Source: Phallusia mammillata
Taxonomy: Eukaryota
Direction of reading: 5' to 3'
DNA length: 64,000 nt
NCBI GenBank assembly: GCA_965637545.1
Contig: OZ281498.1
Span: 11,904,001-11,968,000, forward strand
Of this stretch, positions 35,077 through 47,000 are shown in pieces. The position numbers were made by a program, and so were the translations under genes. Positions within the stretch are counted from its first letter, which is position 1. Every line of letters starts with the position of its first letter. Below the pieces are notes generated by a model. That model saw nothing but the letters and a program-made list of their open reading frames with translations. It made no database searches and was not told the DNA's origin.

Positions 35077-38000
35077 ATGAAATGCCAATACTTTTCAGCA
35101 GCTGTAATCTTGCTCCTTTTCGCCGGTCCAGTTTTTGCAAAAAACAACTTTACAGACTGTAGCCGATCCCATTTGGATTTAGTACTTCTTATTGATGGGA
35201 ACCTCAATCAAGATCCATCGAGCCTTGCAATTATAAGGAGCTTTCTGTCAAACATTGCGAGTTCCCTAAATACCAACAGTGAAAAGTCAAGAATGACTGT
35301 TTTCACGTAAGTTGTTCAATGTGACGTCACAATGTGTGTTAAGCTTTCCAAATCTTTCCGTGCGACTCAAAACGTTGACGATTTATTAAGCATTATGTTC
35401 TTTGAATCACTGTAGGTTCGACAAAAAAACGAAATTGGTGTTGGATTCTGCAGCTGAAATTGACTTCGAAAGCTTTTATGCCAAACTCCAGGCATTGGAA
35501 ATAACTGGAAAGGGAAGTATTCTTCTTAGAAGGGCTTTACGAAATGCAAAGCGGCACCTATTTAGTTCAAATGTTGGATTTCAGTGGCGGTAAGTTGTGC
35601 ATTAAGTGTGACACCATGTCTTGTTAGCGGTTTGGTGAAGTGCCCCCAGGGTAAACAAATGTGGAAACTTATGTAGATTATTCTGCAAACTGCTACTTGG
35701 CTACGGTGCGTCTAATTTGTTGTTCGGGGTCAATTAGTCACTCAAACACATACACTGCTTTCCATTAATATCTTTGCAAACCTTTGGGCAAGTGGGTTAA
35801 GGTGGAGATACTATCAGATATGTTAACACTTGCTTTATGAGTTTATGCTTCTTAAATTGATAAAAGTGCAATCAACATCCACCAAGTAGCTTTTAAATCT
35901 CTGTTTTCAGACGGGAACAAACAAGAGTTGTATTTGTGTTAATGAGCAAAAAGTCGAGAGATCCAGCTATTGAGATAGCCACCATACTTCGTCGCAACGG
36001 TGTAAAAATCGCTGCTATTGGCTTTGAAGAGGCCTCCGAGGTCCAGCTGCTTCCTTTGGCCTCGAAACCAACTAAAGTATGTTCAATATCGGATTATTTC
36101 AAGTTCTAAACACACTTGGTTATGACAGTACTTTACCTACATCATGCAAGTTTAATGACAAAATTACAGCTTCTCTCGCTGCGCGGTTACCATACGTTTC
36201 ACTTGCGGTCGCTGGCTATTGTATGTTCCACTTGTGCTAATACTTCGGTACTTTTCAGCATAACTTACTATTGCTGAATAATGTACATCAACTTCCCGGA
36301 AATGGATTAAATTTCTTTACTGCGATTATTTGTGAACAATATGGCCGGGAGACTTCGTCGCAAGGAGTGGATGTTAAAAAAACCAACACACCAGGGGGTA
36401 AGAAATTTGTTTAAAAATTTTAAACCGATAAATTCGATGTTTAAATATTGTCGCTGAAATCAAAATAAACAATGTCCTTAACAACATGCAATGTAGGCAA
36501 AGTTTTGCAGACAAATTAAATTTCCTACCTAGAACATTGATATCACAAACAAACAAAATGAAAGTAAATTATTCAAATTTATTTATGTTTTAGGTGATTC
36601 CCAAACACGGGCCTTTTTTAACATAACCAGAACCATCGTTACTTCAAATTCGATCGAAATCCACATTTCAACGGAAAATCTCCATCCACAACGATTTGAC
36701 ATCAGCATTGCACCAAATGACGCTTCATCGAAAGTCACACAAAGTGGTGGAGTTGTACTGATTTCTGGACTCGCCCCAGCAATGGAATACTACATAACCA
36801 TTGTGGCTGTGTTTTCAAAAACAATGAAGTTGTCGAATTCCTTTAAACTGGCTACACGTAGGTCAAACTAGAAACAACATTGGGTTAAATGTTTGCGACA
36901 ATCGCCGAAGCGTATAACTTTGGCAGCAATTCTCTGAGAGTGAAATCACAAGTTTGTCGTGTGCAAACGCACGAGTCATCAAACTGCCACAATCGATTAG
37001 CAAAGGTCAAGATAAATTTGTGACGTCTGCTTAAAAGGGCTTATTTTAGGCGTTTCAGCCCTAGGCAAAACATTTTGTAAAACCTATTTAAATTCGTGAA
37101 GTGTTTTGCTATTACAAAGCAATATCTGAATGCAGCATTCATTTAACAAAACTGTTTTAGATGAGCTTGTGACCCTCATATAACCCCATTCAGTTTTCTC
37201 AATCTAGTCCAAACGTTTTCCAATTTTCGGCAATGTTTTATATTTTCAGAAATGTCAAATAAACTTACCTACAATTTTATCTTTTTTAAAAATAAACTTT
37301 CTGTTTTAGGTCAACAAATGGTTGAGAACATTCGAACTAATATTATCACAACCCAACCTTGTCAGATGCAGGAAAATTTAATGGTAAAAACAAAGTGTCA
37401 AATATCGGTCGTGTTTTTTGTTGTTTGAAGCAGATAACGTTTTAATGTAATCTTCGTTGTTTAGTCAATGTATGGCGTAAATACCGACTTTGTCCTAAGC
37501 GATGCAGACTGTTTACCGGGAAATAAACACATCATGATCGAAGTTGAATGGCAAAGGACGGCCGTCAATGCACTGTACCAAGTAAGACACGTTTTATAGT
37601 TTTGAGTCAGTAAGGAAATTTACTATCTGTGATCATATAAGACTTATTTCGAGCTGCAGCTGCAATATAACTACTTAATAAGTCATAAATAAAAAGCTTA
37701 AAAGATTTTAATTATAGTTTTCCGTTTTATTAGTAATGTCTGAATCATAAAGCTTTTTGACAAAAATTCTACAGAATAGATCATTCTTAGATTAGTTAAC
37801 TAAAAACCAACAATGTATAGTTATAAGTCAGTTTCACCATTGCGTTCATGACGTTTAAAGTTACACAGCTGATTGCGACATGGTGACTGTTTCAGTGCAA
37901 TTATGTCGCAGTGTTGGAGAAACCAAAATAAAATCTTTTACCTCAAATACACACCAATTCAAAGTAGAAGCCAAATCATCACATATTAAATCACAAATTT

Positions 38001-41000
38001 CTTGGTTACTCAGAGATGTTTTGGAATAGAATGTTTCAAAAACAGCGCTTCGTTGTGAAACAGTTGGTTTTGGTTCTTAACATTTTTTGCCTAAACGCTT
38101 TGATACAGTTTAATTACAAATTTTGAAAAAATACAAATAGGTCTACACTTTGCCATATCTTCCACATCTTGTAAAAATGCCAAACACATCGAACAAGCGC
38201 GTGTTCACCAATGCTCAACCTGGAACAAAGTACACGATTTCCGTGAAGGCGATCTCCTCCAGCAACAACGTTTCATCCGAAGCTTCAACCGAAGTTGTAA
38301 TACGTAAGATAGTCCATACGACAAAATTACTATACTTTGTTCATATGATGACACGAACAAGCCAGCAGATTTGGGTAAAATACATTCGCATGCCGACAAT
38401 TTTTAACGTTTTTTTATTAAAATTGTAAAACAACAATTAGCTTTTTATTTAACATCGCAATTCATAAAGGCACAAAGGCGACAATTTGGCAACTATTTTT
38501 TGCATTATGAAATCAAAACTTATTTTACAGCTCCAAGTTCACCACAAAACGTTGATTTACGGCGTGTGAGTTCCACAGAAGTGGAGGTCGTTGTTCGTAC
38601 ATCGGGTTTGGCAAAATTTGGTACAATAGAATATGATGTTGTTTCCCCATACAAAAGATATACCGTCAGGTTAGTTTTTCTGACTAACTCGTCAGATTTT
38701 GCACAAAGTTATACTAACCTGAAGAAAAAACATTGCGCGAGTAGCAATATATGTCCTACATGCTGTTTTGAAGTATACAAAAGTATACACAAAAATGTGC
38801 ATTTTGTATGCCAACACTCTGTATTTATACCAATGGCAAATTAGTAAACAATCGACTTAATTTTAACGAGGATGCACGGTTTGTTATAATCCAGCGTCTA
38901 CATAAAGTTGGTGAAAAACAGGCTTTTTGTTGATGTTGTAATTGTGTTGCTATAGATTTTAAACAAGCAAGATTTCTTACAGACACAGCCCAAAAGGCGA
39001 GCAAGGTAACACCTCTGTCACCTCGATGTTTACAAATACACTTGACAACCTCACCCCATGTTTACCTCATCACGTAACAGTCCGTACTTCAAGTCATGGG
39101 GCGTTGAGTTTGCCAGTGACAGTTCGCCTGCAAAGATGCACTGAAGGTAACATGTCACAACATTTTTTGTGAGAAATTTGAACCAAATACATGTTTTGGC
39201 TTGTTTCAGGAACGCCGATTCACGAGTTCGATCAATCTGTCGTTATTTCCACTTCCAACGGTGTATATATCGTACCTTCAGGAAGAAGTGCCTTTCAACA
39301 GATCACGCCAAGGGTATAAAAATATTACACATTCAAAAATCGCCTTCGGCAATATTTTGTATTTTTCCACAAACTATAAACTTCATTTAAATTTTGTCAC
39401 TGTTTGTTTTGAGTTTCATCAACATTCCTGTTTGGAATTTAGTTACTCCTCTCCGTGCCCAGTGGTGTCGTAAACGTTCTGCTTCATCGCCGTAAAGTAA
39501 ACTTGAAGAAAACCCATGGACAAGGCAGCAATAACTATTGGACGTATTCTTTGATATGGATTGATCGCAAAACTCGCAACATCAAAACTACTTCCGTAAC
39601 TGATCCAACGAGGAAAAGTGCGACCATTGTATCCGGTAAATAAAAAAGACGTTACTTTGTTAAAAGACCAGCAGTGATTTTTGTGTTACAGCAAGCCTGA
39701 GCTTTGTCGTAAAAAATTGGTTATTTCTTCTTTTTCTAAATGATGTCTGGATTTACGTTTAAAAATATATGCAAGAGTTTTTTTACAAAACCTTGTGAGA
39801 TTAAATGTATATACTGAAATAAACAAAAGCGTACCTGTGTGAAGTATAATGTCTATAACTCCATGCAACTATAAAGTCGCTGCTATGTTTAAGTTTCCAA
39901 TACAAACTTAATCCTCCATTAGCGTAATTCGCGATAAGATCAACACATTAATCACGCCTATGTCGTAATCATACTGACTTATGAACTGCAGGACTACTAC
40001 AGCCCGTGGGCTTGGCGGTGGATGTATACGACAACAACGTTTATTGGAGCGACATGGCAAGCCGGAGTATTGGGGTGGCTCGCCTCTCTAGCGCCAGTGG
40101 TGAGGGGTATTCCACAGGGCTCAACAAACGTCTCATCACTACCGATCTCTACACTCCTGTAGGGCTATCTGTAGATTCAGTTGGAAGGTACGTGTGGAAC
40201 AATTGTATCCGCATATTTTGATATGAGATTCAAACGTTTGTAACATGGCAAAATATCGCTGATAAATTTGTTGTCATTAATACTTTTAAAGAAATCTGTT
40301 TTGGGCGGACATGTGGGGACGAATAGAAAGGAGTGAAATGGATGGAAGTAACAGAAAAGTTCTCATCAACGATCCGATCATCCGTCCACAATCGCTAGTG
40401 TTTTGTATGGCTTGTAATCGACTTTTGTGGATTGACTCACTTTCTGTAACAATTAACTCCATGAGGTAAGTCAAAAACGCATTTTTTTATTCGATTAGCG
40501 CACACAAAAACACGTTTTTATTCCTTGGGTTAGTCTTCAATTACCATTATATCTGGTCTTACTCTTTATTAATAAATGTCATTTTTACTCTCTGGTTTAG
40601 ATTTAACAATACTATATGATTTGATTTACTTTCTAGTGTAATCTTAAAAATACCATTCAAGACGTTTGTTGTGTAATCTAAAGTAAGATTTTACTACCGT
40701 GTTACGACTTTTTTTGCTTGTAGACCGGATGGAAGTGAAATAAGGAGCATGAACGAAACGAATTTGTCCCCATCCACTTTTGAACCCACTTTGCTGACAT
40801 CAATGGGAAAGCGTATCTTTGTGATGAACTCAATAGACAATACAATGTATGAATATGAAGAGAAATCAGATGGGACATTTGCACCAAACCTTTTGCCGTT
40901 AACCAACGTCGGGTCGCTTTCTGGTGTTACAGCGTTAACCTCTCAAGACCATGTGACTTACGAAGATGGTGGGTGCATGTTTCAACTATAACTATAGGTG

Positions 41001-44000
41001 TACGTAACACATTGCAAATAATTTGAAATTATACATGCACTTGTGTCTTGTCTGTAAAACAAAAACGAAAAGCTATTTTAGAATAAAATGTCATGTTGGT
41101 ATTTCATCCAAATTCAAATAATACTTTTTTATTTGCAGCTTTAATGGAAAGCAGTAAAGATATAAACTTTCCGTGCGCTGGCAAGAATCATAATTGCGAG
41201 GAAGTTTGTATTTCCAAAACTCTTTCTTATCCGATTTGTGCTGGCCAATGTTACCCCTGGGAAACTTTGTGTGTCAACAGGTTAGAAAAATATAAAATTG
41301 TATGCTTATTTTCTAGTGCATTATCTTATCTTAGGTCTATATAATTTAAGGATACTGAATACATAAAAAATCGAATACGTAAAATTTTTGAAATATTCTT
41401 ACCCAGTGTTTTTTTAAGGTGTTTTCAAATTTCTCCAGCGGTTTCCCGAAATTTGTACAAATAATTCGTTTACGCAAATATGGCTATTTTTTGGTATTTA
41501 AATAAAACACGTGCGGTCTCTTAAAACTACTTAGCGGTCACCCAAACCAAACCTTAAAAAAACCCTGTTCTTACCAATATGAGGCATGTTGTCTTCAGTC
41601 GTCATTAGAAATTCAATTTTGTTTCAGCACTCATTCATGCGTGAGCTCTGTTCTTGTATGCGACGGAACTAGGGACTGTCCAAACGGCGAAGATGAGCAT
41701 TTTTCAGTTTGTCCAACCAGTTTGCTGGAATGCGACGACTCGTCAATGTTTTTGTGCAAAAACAAAAAGCGATGTGTAGCCAACTCTTCACTATGCGATG
41801 GGCGGATGGACTGCAGAGACGGGTAGGAATAATTTATCTTGATATTTTTTGTCCGAGTATGCGCCCCTATCTGTTATATCTTGTGACTAAGAAAGTGTGC
41901 AAATAAAAAAAAATGTCTAATGATTTACTCAAATGAAACTATTTTTTACGTATATTTATTCAAGTCAATTCAAACCTGATAATGCGCTGATTAATATATT
42001 TAACAAATATGACATGACCTTCAGTTTTGACTGCCATACTACAGTAACTTGCACAGGAGAGTAATTATTTTGTTCTTTTTCGCACCTTCTTGTTCAAAAA
42101 GTTCGGACGAGGAAAATTGCCCTATTCAAAGCCAAACCTGCGACTTCGAAGACGACTTTTGTTTATGGAGCCAAGCTTCAAACGACGAATTTGATTGGAC
42201 GTTGTGGCACGGTCGAACGCCTTCGAGTAAAACCGGACCTATTCTCGACCACACGATGCTGCGTGTTAACAGTAAGTCGAAATGCAAAATGCTATCTCCA
42301 CTGAGGATTATATGTTTTACAATTGTCAAACAATGTGCACCGGTACACTCTGCTAAAAAAATCCCCATTTTAAGGTACGTATATTTACGCTGAAGCCACA
42401 CCACACGATGAAGGTGCTGAGGCAAGACTGATTTCTACATGGTTGCTGGGTCCAGTTTGCGTCAAGTAAGTGCAAGCTTTGAAAATTTTGTGTATGAAAT
42501 GTACAAAATGATTTGCTTTGCACTACAGCTTCAATTTTAATCCAGGTATTTTTTAAGTAAAACTAAAAATAGGAGGAATAACCTCCAAAGTTCGTTTAAA
42601 ACAACAGACTAAGATAAGAAACGTTTGTTTTAGGTTTTCATATCACATGTTCGGCGAAGGTGTGGGAAGTTTGTCGTTGTTTGTCCAACATCGCGACGAA
42701 CAGAATATGAAGGAAAAGTGGAGTGTCAGCGGCAATCAGGGAGTATTTTGGAAGACATCTTCTGTGTCAATCAGTGAACATGGTCTTTTTCAGGTACGCT
42801 TCGGTGCATATTATGACTCCTTCCTTCTTATCTATGTCAAGAGAAAATAATATTTTTTGCGGCAGGTTGTTTTCCAAGCGGTCCGAGGAAAAGACTTTCG
42901 CAGTGACATTGCCCTTGATGACGTCATGATTAGTGACGGTTTGTGCAAGGTCAGTTATCACTGCTTGTTTGACGGAGGCGAATGTGGTTATGAAAACAGT
43001 AAGTAAGCAATGTTCGATTATATTGATCATACCATAATCTTTGATATGTTTTGTAATATGCGCAGTCAATGATATGGATGGTGGATGGTCGATAAAGTCA
43101 GGATCGCTTCCTTTTGTGGATGAAGGATCTTCGGAGTTTTCTGCTCGAACGAACCAAAATTTACTCGACAAGGTAGCACTTGTTTACGCCAGCACCTTCT
43201 ATACTATAAACAAAAATCCCCAGTACTATACTCTAGTACACGGGTTCTTAACCAGGGGTGCGAGAACTGTTTCTAGCGGGGGCGGGGATGCATGTATAAA
43301 AATTAAATTACCATGGTTTTGTTATTTAAGCAATTACAGAAAGGAGTGCGAAAACTGGTTGGTAATCTAAAAGGGGTGCAGCAAGGAAAAAAAGAACCAC
43401 TGCTCTAGCATATGGTGTTTGACAAGATTAAGGAGTTTTGGTTTATAGACCAACTTTTAGTTTAAAGTGACAATAGCAATTGTGGAAACGTCTAGATCAT
43501 GATATATTCTCTAAAAGCAATATCTCTGGTAGTTATGATTTTGATCATGTAAACTTGTGCTAAAATCAGTAATTTTGGTGTATATTGCATTACCAAATAC
43601 TCACATGTGTTTACAGAATCCAGTTGAGGAACTCGGACCGGAGTGGTTTTATTTTCCTTTCAAGCATGACGACACTCCCGGATGTAGCGGATGTGATGGA
43701 ATCAAACTTGTGCGACAAATTTCATCTTTCGGTGCACCACAGTTTGCAGGCATCGTCCTCTGCAGTCCAACAAGGTCAGTTTTAATCCATTGATAAATCA
43801 GAAATTACAAAGGAATAGCCTCGTGTTTAAATAAAGATTTTCGATGACAAACCAAACCAACAATCTAGTTTTGCGGAAATAATCATGGACTGATCCGTGC
43901 ATTGAGAAATACTTTGTTAAAGATTTAATGTTACGTGCATTTTGACGATTTGTCGTCCAATTTTTGGACTAGTTTTATTTTAATGTTTTTTTATGATTGT

Positions 44001-47000
44001 TGTAATCAGATACAAGATCTATCTGGGTGAAACTTTGCACGGAGTGTTTCGTAACGTGGCTGATGGTTTTGGTTTGGGTGAAGATCACTGCGAGTTTATC
44101 GGTGCCAAGGATTACGCCCATGAAGTTGGAGAATATATTCACTGCCAGGGTATGTCTAAGAAATATCTAGACTGGCATCAGAAAAACTTATATTTGTTAA
44201 ACCAAATCTAAGGCTGGTCGTCGCTGAGATTAGAACGCACAACAATGACATTTTCATTAATGTATTGTTCATGTAGTGTTCAACTTTGGTATGCTTGGAT
44301 TTCTAAATATTAACGTACCAATGGTTCTTTTATATTTGGGCCCAGTGTTTTTTTAAGGTGTTTTGGGGGACCGTTTCAAATTTCTCCAGCGGTTTCCCAA
44401 AATTTGGACTTGCAACTACAACTACAGTTTTTGGTATTTAAATGAAACACTTGCGGTCTCTTAAAACTACTTAGGGGTCACCCAAACCAAACCTTAAAAA
44501 AAACTGTTTAGGCCTATTTGGCTACAGACGAATCGACTTTTTCGAACACGTCGAGGAAGGAATCTTCGGTCCCCATCACAATGGCGGGCATCCTTTCTTC
44601 TCGCCAATCTTCTATGGCTGCAATCTCACCATTCCACAGGCGGTTATTGATTTCGCTCCGGAAAATCGTCGCCACATGGAAGCTAACAGTTTTGCATTTT
44701 TCGACGGGACTTCTCCTGGAAGAGCGACCGCTAGCTTCATTGTCCCCGTTGCTAGAATAGCTGAGAGATCCACACCGGGTGAAGATGCTAAGATGGAAAA
44801 GGAACCACAGTTTGACAGATGGTGCCTTAGTTTTAGGTGAGATATATATGGACAAACTTTTATTTGAACCAATAACTGTATCGTATTTTGTTTGAAATTC
44901 GGTTCTTTTGTTTGAAAATTAACAAACTTGAAAAATCTTGTTTTACAATGTTGCACCATCTATGTCTTTGAATCAGTTACTTCGTCACTGGACTTTCATC
45001 GAAGTCGCTATCTCTTACCGTTAATGGTGAATTTGTAACATGGAAAACTTCAGGCGATGCAAATAACTCCTGGAACGACGCGATTACAAGCATTCCTTCA
45101 TCAGATGTCAAGTAATTGCTTCATGAAGAAACTGTTGTGCAGCTTAAGTTTAAAATTGTTCAGCTAAACCGAAAAACTTATGTTCAGATACAACCTTGTA
45201 TTTACGGCAATGAAGGGTCAAGATGAGACCGGCTACATAGCGGTTGACAACATTACCATTAACCAGATGCCCTGTGTCAGACCTCAGTCATACGTGACTG
45301 AGTTTGACGATTCTAACCTTGACGCAAACTCATTCTTTGTGTTTGGTAAGACATAGTCGGGAAATTGCACAATATTTCAACATAACATATCTTAAAACAG
45401 CACCCAATACATTTCTACAATGGAATGATTCTATTAACCAGAAATGTTTTGTGAACTTACTACTCAGGTACTGTTCACCATGATTTGATGCAACCGCTGT
45501 ACGAACGTAGTCGAAACGACCCAGTGATCGTCGCTAATAGGCCTGAGTCATCTGGTGTGATCAGCTACACATCGGGCCATTACATGTTTCCCCCCTTCGT
45601 TGAAAGTCCAATTCTTCCTGCTATAAGCACTTACTACCCCGTCTACTGCCTTTCAATCGAGTATAGGTATTTAAATTACTGTATCAAGCGACTGTGTTTA
45701 ATTTATTTAAAGGATAACCTTATGAACATACACCTTATTTTGTGTCAAATCGTGAAATGTATCGTATCGTGATAACGCTTTAAAACATGTTTTTTTTTTG
45801 TAATTTAGACAACGGACCCATCAAGGTCAACTTAAAGTTGGAGTTCGAAGAGTACAAGATTTTGATGCATCATCAATAATTACACACACCCTCACTCCAA
45901 TAGCCAGTGTTCGGCCTTGGTTGACTCTGAAGATTGAAGTTAACTCTTCTATTTCCCTGGCAACAGAAAACTCTTTTATAATAGGTATAGTGAAATGAAC
46001 AAAAACAACTCCTTGCCAAAAAGTTGACTTTAAGTTGATTCGAAATAAAAACGACTCGTTGTGTGTTTAATGTGGTAAGGCGCTTATGAAGGCCTGATAG
46101 AATTGTTTTTCACATCAGGGTGGAAAATTTAATAATTTGTCTTTGCACCAGGAAGGTATTTAGGTTGCTTCTAATTCCCCTTTCTTTAGTTTTTGAAGGT
46201 TTACAACACGTTTGGTTGAATTCAATGGCCGTAGACACCCTTCAATGTTCGCAAGTAGATCGTGGAAGTCCATGCAACAATGGGGTTCAATGTTCGAATG
46301 GACGGTGTGTTCATCCAGATCAAATGTGTGATGGATTAAACGATTGTGGGGATTGGTAAGTTAAGACTGGGTTTCGAAGTCTTTTGGGAGCGTTTTTCTA
46401 TACCAACCTATTCTCTTAACGTAAAAAAGACATTTCTCCGTTGAGCTGCCTTTAGACAAAGGGTTTTTGGTTGCTTTTAGTCAACAATTAGGGTTACTTT
46501 AGGTTACAACATTTATATAGTAGATGTTCGTTTCAACAATAAACAACAAATGTCACTGGTTATGGCATGAGCATTTGCCGAAACGTTTGAACAATAAAGC
46601 ATGTCGCTTTTTATGTCTATTTGGGCCGTTATTTTCACCATTAAACAAATGTCTGATATCATCAACATTATTGCAATCTCATCAATAACCGTGGATTTGT
46701 TTCGGAAACCTGTTTTGAAGTTTGTGTACTTGGTAATCTAACACAAATGTATGTCATATTCCAGGTCTGATGAAATTGGTTGTCCATCCCATTGCGGTTC
46801 TATAGCTGATGTGTTTAGCTCTCGTACAACATTGCTTGAGAATAAAGATATTGACCATCCAGTGTTTGGTAAACAATGTTTCTGGCGAGTTCACGGAACT
46901 AAAGGAAAGCAGGTTTTGCTGAACATTGGAAAGTCGTTGGGTTCAAGAAAAGTGAAATTTTCGGTAAAAATGTGTTTGCTTTTTAATATTTCTCTTTGTA

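Larger units (their letters stand above)
42130..46255 (+). other. Three MAM domains; the second is interrupted by a TARSH/FNDC1-C-terminal-like domain and the third is degenerate
   Basis: [12 protein letters not shown]...[22 protein letters not shown]...YIYAEA...DIALDDV (MAM1); [10 protein letters not shown]...WCLSF.Y...YIAVDNI (MAM2); ESPILP...YCLSIEY (MAM3). Confidence 0.8.

Noticed and set aside
44518-44760. 80-aa ORF ATDESTF... in the ORF track
   Set aside because: Wrong frame. The coding frame is [13 protein letters not shown]..., which continues the inserted domain and MAM2 and fits the intron phases.
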